Of a DNA stretch of 29,121 bases, positions 17,962 to 24,627 are shown in pieces. The DNA is from a virus. Its lineage: Duplodnaviria > Heunggongvirae > Uroviricota > Caudoviricetes. Numbering within the stretch: position 1 is the first letter of the stretch; each line of letters starts with the position of its first letter. The notes under the pieces are model-generated. The model saw nothing but the letters and a program-made list of their open reading frames with translations. It ran no database searches and was not told the origin of the DNA. The position numbers were made by a program, and so were the translations under genes. The stretch covers positions 1-29,121 of IMG/VR virus record IMGVR_UViG_3300032030_000021. One strand, written 5' to 3'.

Positions 17962-18666
17962 ATGACTAATAAAGTATCTGAATGGATTTCTAAAAAGAAA
18001 GATGCCTTCAAAAAAGCCCGCAAAGACAAGCTCAACAAGGAAGCATTAGCTAATTTATCAGAAGAAGCGGGGCCGCGATTTAATCTTATGGATAAGATCG
18101 AGGAGAGCCCCTATTACATGAAACCTCCGATGTCTAATGATTCCAAATCCCGGGAGATCCTGGAATCTCTACCACTCTCCAAGAATCTCTCTCAGACCAT
18201 GATTCCCGGGCAGATGGTATCATTTAAATATTTTGAACCTAAGACCAAAGAAGAGTTGGAATATTACGACGCGGCTCCTATCTGTCTATATTTCAATCAG
18301 TTACACACTAGCCAGGGTTTAAGATATCTAGGCTTCAATGTCCATTACTATCCCCCGAGGATGAGATATAAAGTCCTGAACAAAGTCTTCGAGATCTACA
18401 AGCCGGTATACTCCAAGTACTTCAAAGACGGCACCGACCGCCCTATGGATGCTTTTGACTATCAATATCTTATGAAAGCATTAGAAAAAGCCAAGCTAGA
18501 TTTCGGGGTCAGAATGTATATTCCGGAGCTAGTCAAAGAAGCGCGGCTGATCCCTCCAAAATACTGGGAGATAGCGGTATTCACGGAAGGATGGTTCAAA
18601 AAACGAACCCGCTTGGCCATTATGAATTATTGGTATCGGTGGAAAACCAAACATCTAGGTCGTTGA
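17962..18666 (+). CDS. DNA end protector protein (T4 gp2-like)
   Basis: PGQMVSFKYFEPKTKEELEYYDAAP...LGFNVHYYPP matches the gp2-family pattern (Y-D-x-K...LPYYD-x-P...GLNLHYLPP). Confidence 0.75.
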   Translation: MTNKVSEWISKKKDAFKKARKDKLNKEALANLSEEAGPRFNLMDKIEESPYYMKPPMSNDSKSREILESLPLSKNLSQTMIPGQMVSFKYFEPKTKEELEYYDAAPICLYFNQLHTSQGLRYLGFNVHYYPPRMRYKVLNKVFEIYKPVYSKYFKDGTDRPMDAFDYQYLMKALEKAKLDFGVRMYIPELVKEARLIPPKYWEIAVFTEGWFKKRTRLAIMNYWYRWKTKHLGR

Positions 18667-18673
18667 TAACCGA

Positions 18674-18769
18674 TTAAGAATCATCTTCAAACTCCCGTAC
18701 AAGACACACTATCAACACAATACATCCTAAAAAACTGCCCATTCCGATCAACGTTAACGCAAAAATCAT
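18674..18769 (-). CDS. Unlisted 31-aa single-pass membrane peptide
   Basis: ATG at 18769 gives MIFALTLIGMGSFLGCIVLIVCLVREFEDDS*: a hydrophobic span plus an acidic tail. It fills otherwise unexplained intergenic DNA. Confidence 0.55.
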   Translation of the reverse strand: MIFALTLIGMGSFLGCIVLIVCLVREFEDDS

Positions 18770-18786
18770 GACATATATATAAACTT

Positions 18787-18811
18787 AAAGGCTCCCGGAG
18801 GAGCCTTTTTT
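18787..18811 (+). terminator. Rho-independent terminator (stronger on the + strand)
   Basis: aaaggctcc-cgga-ggagcctttttt; only three T on the minus strand. Confidence 0.8.
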
Positions 18812-19199
18812 ATTGATTTATATTTATAGGTTTCACATTATCTATAATCCAATTTATATAATCTTTTAATTTTATAGGATTATATCGAACATCCCATAAA
18901 ATTTTTTTATTTCTAGGCTTGCGATAAACCCGGACTATGTCGAACTGTCTATTAATTCTATCAGAACCTGTCGCTTTCAGATTGTCATCCCAGCTGGTTG
19001 TATAATTAGCAGCAATATGAAATTCTCCAAAATTTCCAACGGAAGTAATAAAAGCATCGTGTTTATCATAATAATATTTTGGAGTAAAAACAAAAAATAT
19101 ACCAGCTACAGATTCTACTATATCGCCTCCTTGCAAGCTTTGTTTTGTGATCGAGATTGCTCCTTTTCTTCCTATTATAGATTCTAATAATGTTTTCAT
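18810..19199 (-). CDS. ESIIGRK-leader family protein 6 (shared body)
   Basis: MKTLLESIIGRKG...LQGGDIV...WDDNL...FDIVRVYRKP; ATGA overlap with the upstream paralog; motif at 19174-19184. Confidence 0.85.
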   Translation of the reverse strand: MKTLLESIIGRKGAISITKQSLQGGDIVESVAGIFFVFTPKYYYDKHDAFITSVGNFGEFHIAANYTTSWDDNLKATGSDRINRQFDIVRVYRKPRNKKILWDVRYNPIKLKDYINWIIDNVKPININQ

Positions 19200-19648
19200 C
19201 TTTCAAATATTTTAGTTACACCGGATTTGATCATATTACATATATTATCCTGTTGAATGGATTTTATTCCATTTCTTAACCATAAAGTTCCTGCGGGTGA
19301 CCGATATATAGTCAATGGGTTAGAATTAAACATTTTTTCCAGAGAAGGCTCTCCGTGGTAATAAAAATGATTATCAAATCTAGATAAATCTAATATAATT
19401 ACTTCAGTTAAACTGAATCCAAACACCAATATGCCTTCCGGGTAATAGTCCGTTGTCGGTATAGAATGAGAGGAGTTTGTTAAAACTTGAGAAAATTTAT
19501 TGACAAAAGAATTCAATTCACCGGGCAACCAAACAACTCCGAAAATATCCCTATTTTCAATCCAAAATATGTCGCCGGTCGATAGATTCGTTTTGCCTTG
19601 TTTAGTTATTCCCCTTCTTCCTATTATAGATTCTATTAGCGTCTTCAT
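19196..19648 (-). CDS. ESIIGRK-leader family protein 5 (shared body, divergent)
   Basis: MKTLIESIIGRRG...LSTGDIFW...FDNHF...LTIYRSP; ATGA overlap with the M15 gene; motif at 19623-19633. Confidence 0.85.
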   Translation of the reverse strand: MKTLIESIIGRRGITKQGKTNLSTGDIFWIENRDIFGVVWLPGELNSFVNKFSQVLTNSSHSIPTTDYYPEGILVFGFSLTEVIILDLSRFDNHFYYHGEPSLEKMFNSNPLTIYRSPAGTLWLRNGIKSIQQDNICNMIKSGVTKIFER

Positions 19649-20109
19649 ATTTTCACATATGTTTTTCCGTTATAATATAAACGTTGTTTCCGATTAGTGC
19701 CGTTCCATTTGTGAGATACATGAATCCATTGGGGAGCGGTGAGTGTACCTTTCTCTAAAATCAGCTGATCAAACGGCAACCTCATAGACACTATAGTATC
19801 AAAAAGCTTGCGCGTTTTGACTGTATCCAGCACGTTCTTGCCTCCCACTTTCTTAACACAATAGATATCCGCGGCTTGTCCGGACATATGCTGGCTGGTT
19901 TTAGAGCCGCCGACCTTAGAATTCAAGGCCTTGCAACGGTATCCGGAAGATACTATGATCGGACATCCCATCTTAACTCTCAATGGATCCAAGATATTTT
20001 CTATCAGTTTGGTGAGGTTTTGTGTTTCTATTATGCTGGGAACATTTTTTATGCCATATTTATCGGCGGTAGAACTCTTGCATAATTCGGATATAGTGAA
20101 GTATTTCAT
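19645..20109 (-). CDS. Peptidase M15 family Zn peptidase (putative endolysin)
   Basis: SSGYRC..LN..VGG...SQH..GQAADI...WIHVS (H-x6-D...H Zn ligands). Start reassigned to ATG 20109 (MKYFTISEL), which has TTATTATT 19 nt upstream. Confidence 0.85.
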   Translation of the reverse strand: MKYFTISELCKSSTADKYGIKNVPSIIETQNLTKLIENILDPLRVKMGCPIIVSSGYRCKALNSKVGGSKTSQHMSGQAADIYCVKKVGGKNVLDTVKTRKLFDTIVSMRLPFDQLILEKGTLTAPQWIHVSHKWNGTNRKQRLYYNGKTYVKI

Positions 20110-20202
20110 ATTATCAAGATTTTGACAAAATAATAATCTTATTTCATTACAATCATTAAGATCTTCAAATATTCGATTATATATTATCAAAATTAAGAAA
20201 GT

Positions 20203-20790
20203 ATGAAAATTATTCTTGTAGGAGCACATGGTACCGGCAAAACAACATTAGCTAATATGTTGAGTGACTATTATAATTGGCCTGTTATTGAAAGTGCAAG
20301 CCGCGATATCAAGTCTCTGATGGATTCGGGTAAGATTAATATAGGAGAAAAAGATTATCATGAACTGATTACGGCTATTAATGTCAAGTTATGGAAAGAT
20401 ACGGACCGTGCTAGCGATAATACGAATTTCATATATGCCCGGACTATTATAGATAATATCGCTTATAGTGGTGATTTTGTAGGTATTAATGATCTTCATC
20501 ATTCCGGATTATATAACCAATTGACGACTGTAAATGGTCTTAATGCCTTCCGAAATGCTGCGATTGTCAGGGTTCCGATAGAATTCGATCCCGAAGATGA
20601 TGGTGTCCGATATACGGATCCGGAATATCAGAAAAAAATCTCCGATCGCCAGCAGTGTATTTTATCGGCATTGTGTTATGATGGAATTATCGATCACGAT
20701 GATATTGTAGTGGTTCACGGCACTCCCGAAGAAAGATGCAATCAGGTAATATCTTCATTATCTAAGTATATTAACCATATCGATATCTAA
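20203..20790 (+). CDS. P-loop NTPase / nucleotide-kinase-like protein (AAA_28/NadR-kinase type)
   Basis: MKIILVGAHGTGKTTL Walker A; YARTIIDNIAY; VPIEFDPEDDGVR lid-like motif. Confidence 0.75.
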   Translation: MKIILVGAHGTGKTTLANMLSDYYNWPVIESASRDIKSLMDSGKINIGEKDYHELITAINVKLWKDTDRASDNTNFIYARTIIDNIAYSGDFVGINDLHHSGLYNQLTTVNGLNAFRNAAIVRVPIEFDPEDDGVRYTDPEYQKKISDRQQCILSALCYDGIIDHDDIVVVHGTPEERCNQVISSLSKYINHIDI

Positions 20791-20991
20791 TCCGGGAGAA
20801 TTTGCTCCTATATGCAGTTTGCTTCCTTTTTCGGTATTTAGAATATATATAATTTCATTTTTATATAATTCATATCGATCTATTATCCCAGAAGCATCTA
20901 TCTTCATGCATTTTGTTGTCATGTGTACGTTCTTGCCGATGATCGAGTCGGCAAATTCAAGATCATTATACAAATTGTTGTTGTCCGGCAT
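20758..20991 (-). CDS. Hypothetical protein (77 aa)
   Basis: ATG start; divergent from the 21024 gene; 33-nt convergent overlap with the kinase gene. Confidence 0.6.
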   Translation of the reverse strand: MPDNNNLYNDLEFADSIIGKNVHMTTKCMKIDASGIIDRYELYKNEIIYILNTEKGSKLHIGANSPGLDIDMVNILR

Positions 20992-20992
20992 A

Positions 20993-21013
20993 TGATTATT
21001 TTTAAAATAATCA
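20993..21013. promoter_or_regulatory. 21-bp palindrome between divergent genes
   Basis: tgattatttt-t-aaaataatca; each arm contains TGATTATT. Confidence 0.5.
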
Positions 21014-21023
21014 ATATTTTTTT

Positions 21024-22175
21024 ATGGCAGTCCCAGCATCATATCATATATATCAAACCCCTGTTCATGCCGTGGGAAAAAATGTAATAGCCGGCGGTGT
21101 TATATTGGATAGAGTCATAACCGATGAAGGTTATAGATATGACTTTTTTAATAAAAGCCATAAAGTAACAGAATCGGGAACAGCTTGGATGTATGAATTA
21201 CCTCCGGAAAACGCGGAACCCGCTCATATTGTATTAGACGCGTGTGTATCCGAACTTCAACCCGACCCAAATGATCCGACAAAACGGATATTATATAGCC
21301 ATATGATATTAGATTTAGACTCTGGTGAGCCGTATAATATAAATACGATGATATCTAATATTGGAAACCATATCGATAGTCTTGATCCGGTTACATATTA
21401 TAATCGGAGCGCTAATCAGATTATCCAAGGTATAGATTCCGGAGATCGTATTCTATTTGCCGTATTGTATAATATGTATTATTACAGATTCGAACAATCT
21501 GATGAAGGTGGCTATGTTGAATCGTTCTGGCCATATCTGAGTTTTACTAGAATGGATGCGACAAGAATGTGGTATAGTGCACTGGCATACAGCGTAGAAC
21601 ACGGAAACCGGCAATACAAACCCGGATCTAGTGAATATATTACGGATTGGCCCGGATATACACCCGGATATGCCGATTATCATCCTTATTACTTTATGAG
21701 TCATCCCGGATTAGTGTTTGAATGCTTCCGCGAATGTCCGGAAGAGGATTATACTATCCGATCTCTCAATGGATTTGATAATCATGGCGAATATCATGTA
21801 AATGCGTCTAGATTGGCTAGCATACTTACAGGTAATCATTGGGGATTGCAGATATTTGCTGATGGTGCATCTCCGTCATATGAACATATTGCAAATATTT
21901 TAGAACAGCAATCGCTTATAAATAACTTTTCCAATCTGCAATGCCCATATGGAAGAATTGGCTGGCCGTTATTTGAATACGAGGCACAACTTAATGTATA
22001 TTCCTCGGATAGAACATTAATATCCCTAGAATGTCAGAATAATACTACTTGGATGGATCCGAATACCGGTACGGAATATCCTACTAATATCCTCTATGAT
22101 AATGAACCTATAGATACTCCTTTGAATTATCCGATATTTGTAGCGATTGCCGGACATGTTAACCGTAGATGGTAA
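21024..22175 (+). CDS. Hypothetical protein (383 aa, Tyr/Asn/Pro-rich)
   Basis: Long ORF with ATG and A/T-rich leader; no motif recognised. Confidence 0.8.
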   Translation: MAVPASYHIYQTPVHAVGKNVIAGGVILDRVITDEGYRYDFFNKSHKVTESGTAWMYELPPENAEPAHIVLDACVSELQPDPNDPTKRILYSHMILDLDSGEPYNINTMISNIGNHIDSLDPVTYYNRSANQIIQGIDSGDRILFAVLYNMYYYRFEQSDEGGYVESFWPYLSFTRMDATRMWYSALAYSVEHGNRQYKPGSSEYITDWPGYTPGYADYHPYYFMSHPGLVFECFRECPEEDYTIRSLNGFDNHGEYHVNASRLASILTGNHWGLQIFADGASPSYEHIANILEQQSLINNFSNLQCPYGRIGWPLFEYEAQLNVYSSDRTLISLECQNNTTWMDPNTGTEYPTNILYDNEPIDTPLNYPIFVAIAGHVNRRW

Positions 22176-22236
22176 TTTTATGCTTAATATTTAGAAATTC
22201 CGCTTATATAATATTGTAATTGGAATAACTAAAAAT

Positions 22237-22629
22237 ATGAAGCGTTTAATTTTAAAGATTAAGAAAAAGCTCTCTATCAACACCGGAGAAAAAATTTCTC
22301 GTTCCGAACGTTATACTACTATGGCAGCACTGGGTCTGATGCGAATTCCCGACACCGAACTCTTAATTCACCCGACCAAGGATCGTTATTATATTCATGC
22401 CGGAAATGATCAGTATCTGATAATTATCAATATTTATCCGGCCACAGTCACTTTGATTAACCATAAGCTTTCACACGATGTTAAGTATAGCAGAAGAGCT
22501 ATGGATTTTTTACAAAACAAGTTTTTGGAAGTAACTGAAAAACGAAGAGATAAATTTGAAAAAAAGTTTTTAGATAATACCGAAAATTCACTCAGATCCG
22601 TTGCTCTCAGCATAATGAATTTAAAGTGA
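22237..22629 (+). CDS. Hypothetical protein (130 aa); stop codon lies in the IS right end
   Basis: ATG with A-rich leader; ends AAG TGA, where GTGAA (22626-22630) is the IS terminus. Confidence 0.75.
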   Translation: MKRLILKIKKKLSINTGEKISRSERYTTMAALGLMRIPDTELLIHPTKDRYYIHAGNDQYLIIINIYPATVTLINHKLSHDVKYSRRAMDFLQNKFLEVTEKRRDKFEKKFLDNTENSLRSVALSIMNLK

Positions 22630-22760
22630 ACTACCCAGCCGCTAAAGGCGGCCGAGCTTCCCGTCTTTGAAGAGATCCTTGCATTTATCGTAAGAGATCT
22701 TCTTCCCGGGCTTTAAGTCGACGGTCCCCGCCGACTGTATAGCTTTATAGAACCCGATCA
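22606..22760 (-). ncRNA. Predicted TnpB omega/reRNA scaffold plus flanking guide (5' boundary approximate)
   Basis: TnpB reRNAs are known to overlap the tnpB 3' end and right end. The guide would be the flank after TTCAC: TTTAAATTCATTATGCTGAG. Confidence 0.5.
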
Positions 22761-23172
22761 TATTCTTTGCCGCATGCACGTCCCGGTCTCCGGTCTCGCC
22801 GCATTTCGGGCACACAAAGGTCCGTTGGGATAGATCCATCGCGGCATCGGTCCCACAGGACAGGCAGCGCTTCGTAGTCGGAAACCATTGGTCTAACACG
22901 AATACATTATCTTTTCTTCTCAGCTTAGCCTTGACCCTTCCGAGCACGGAATGCTGGACCGTCTTGGATAGATGCTCGTCTTCGCGCCATTCCCGGTGCC
23001 GGACCCGTGTAGCCTTACCGGCTTCGCTTATAGCTCTATTTTTGTCTAATCGACTCATATCTAAATAATAAGATCCGGATTAATATCGTTAATGTTTCTT
23101 ATATTTATATTAGTAGCCAATCTGTGTATCCATGCAGCTAAAGGCTACACGGTTTTACAGATTGAAATTATA
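22626..23172 (-). mobile_element. Non-autonomous IS200/IS605-family (IS1341-like) mini-element
   Basis: On the minus strand the right end reads ...GGCCGCCTTTAGCGGCTGGGTAGTTCAC. The left-end hairpin CAATCTGT...CCTTTAGC...ACAGATTG spans 23118-23164. A candidate TAM TTTAT lies at 23173-23177. No tnpA is present. Confidence 0.8.
22642..23058 (-). pseudogene. tnpB: tnpB with a large in-frame internal deletion
   Basis: Keeps QHSVLGRVKAKL, WFPTTKRCLSCG, FVCPKCG (Zn ribbon) and DRDVHAAKN (RuvC-III). Only 138 aa; RuvC-I Asp and RuvC-II Glu motifs are not visible. Confidence 0.8.
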
Positions 23173-23187
23173 ATAAATTTTTGATAT

Positions 23188-24552
23188 ATGAAGAAAATAG
23201 TAGTTTGTGGTTTAGGTTACGTAGGACTGGTGCATATTCTAGGGTGCTGGATAAGTGCTCGGGACAATGGTGCCCGAGATTATATGTTTATAGGATATGA
23301 TCCGGATGAAGAGAAAATCAATAAAATCATGTCTGGTGAGTGTCCGATTGTAGAACCAGGTCTGCCCGAGGTCTTGAATGATGCCTTGAAGGATCCGGAT
23401 CATTTTAAAGTATGCTCCGATCCGGCCTGTTGGTACTGCGACCCGGATGTAGATATGGTATTTTGCTGTGTCGGAACCCCAATGTCCGATGATGGATCCG
23501 CTGATTTAAGATATGTATATGAACTGGCGGAGAGTTTCGGGGCACATATCGGAAATCTTCAAGCCACATTTGTGAATAAATCTACGTGTCCGGTTGGAAC
23601 CTGTAATGTATTGTATAATATTATTATTGGAAATTTAAATTTCGGTAATTCAAACATCGGAGTACTTTCCAATCCGGAATTTCTTGCGGAAGGAACGGCA
23701 TTAAACGACATGCTATCTCCGGATAGAATTGTTATCGGAGGTATAACGGATCATGTCGAGAGATTGAGAGAATTTTATAAGTCTATTGGCCTCATGCCAG
23801 ATGAAGCTGACTGCGTGGCCACTACATGGGAGAATGCCGAATTAATTAAATACGCTTCCAATGCCATGTTAGCCACACGTATTAGCTTTGTCAATGACTT
23901 AGCCGATTTATGTGAAAAAGTTGGAGCCGATGTAAGAATCGTGACCGAATGTATGGGTATGGACCATAGGATCGGACAGGCATTTTTAAAGCCGGGTCCC
24001 GGATATGGGGGGTCGTGTTTTCCAAAAGATACTAATGCATTATTGCATCAAGGTATATCTAATGGCGTAGAAATGAGGGTGGTAGATGCCGTTATTAGAA
24101 GTAATACATATCACCGGGAAAAGGCTTCCAATATAGTATCGGAACTTATCGGATATGTCGGACCTAAGGGTATTGGAAAAATCGGAGTCATCGGAGCCGC
24201 ATTTAAGTCCGGTACCGGAGACTTGCGGGAATCTCCGGCGGTAGATCTTCTCCGATATCTGGCGAATTTGGGTAAGGAAATTATGGTATTTGATGAGAAT
24301 GTTTCCGAAAAGGAGTTATCTTATGCCGTACCATGCGATCATCCGGAGCGCTTGATAATGAGCCCGTTAGAAGATTTAAAAGATTGTAATTTGGTAATAA
24401 TCATGAATCCGGAAAACATTGTATGGCCGGAAGCCGGAACTCATGATATCCGAATAGTATTAGATATGAGATGTTGTGTGTCCGATTCGACCATTAAAGA
24501 TTTTGAAAATCAAGGAATTATATATATCGGACACGGACGTGGTAATATATAA
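23188..24552 (+). CDS. ugd: UDP-glucose 6-dehydrogenase (UDP-glucose/GDP-mannose dehydrogenase family)
   Basis: GLGYVG, CVGTP, NKSTCPVGT, SNPEFLAEG, AELIKYASNAMLATRISFVN, GPGYGGSCFPKD (catalytic Cys) and AFKSGTGDLRESP. Confidence 0.92.
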   Translation: MKKIVVCGLGYVGLVHILGCWISARDNGARDYMFIGYDPDEEKINKIMSGECPIVEPGLPEVLNDALKDPDHFKVCSDPACWYCDPDVDMVFCCVGTPMSDDGSADLRYVYELAESFGAHIGNLQATFVNKSTCPVGTCNVLYNIIIGNLNFGNSNIGVLSNPEFLAEGTALNDMLSPDRIVIGGITDHVERLREFYKSIGLMPDEADCVATTWENAELIKYASNAMLATRISFVNDLADLCEKVGADVRIVTECMGMDHRIGQAFLKPGPGYGGSCFPKDTNALLHQGISNGVEMRVVDAVIRSNTYHREKASNIVSELIGYVGPKGIGKIGVIGAAFKSGTGDLRESPAVDLLRYLANLGKEIMVFDENVSEKELSYAVPCDHPERLIMSPLEDLKDCNLVIIMNPENIVWPEAGTHDIRIVLDMRCCVSDSTIKDFENQGIIYIGHGRGNI

Positions 24553-24627
24553 TATCTTTTATAGTGCACAATACTCGTAATATTATAAAGATTTATAAAA
24601 AACTTTTTGTATCAGATATATAAGAAC

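Noticed and set aside
19645-20229. Listed 194-aa start (20229) for the M15 peptidase, and listed starts 24607 for topB and 26640 for the amidohydrolase-like gene
   Set aside because: The extensions overlap the divergent kinase start, use TTG, or lie within a terminator. The downstream ATGs (20109, 24628, 26685) fit the family N-termini and the upstream motifs better.
23064-23071. TTATTATT on the minus strand just upstream of the tnpB remnant
   Set aside because: It is only 5 nt from the ATG, outside the 19-25 nt spacing seen elsewhere, so it was not counted as a promoter instance.
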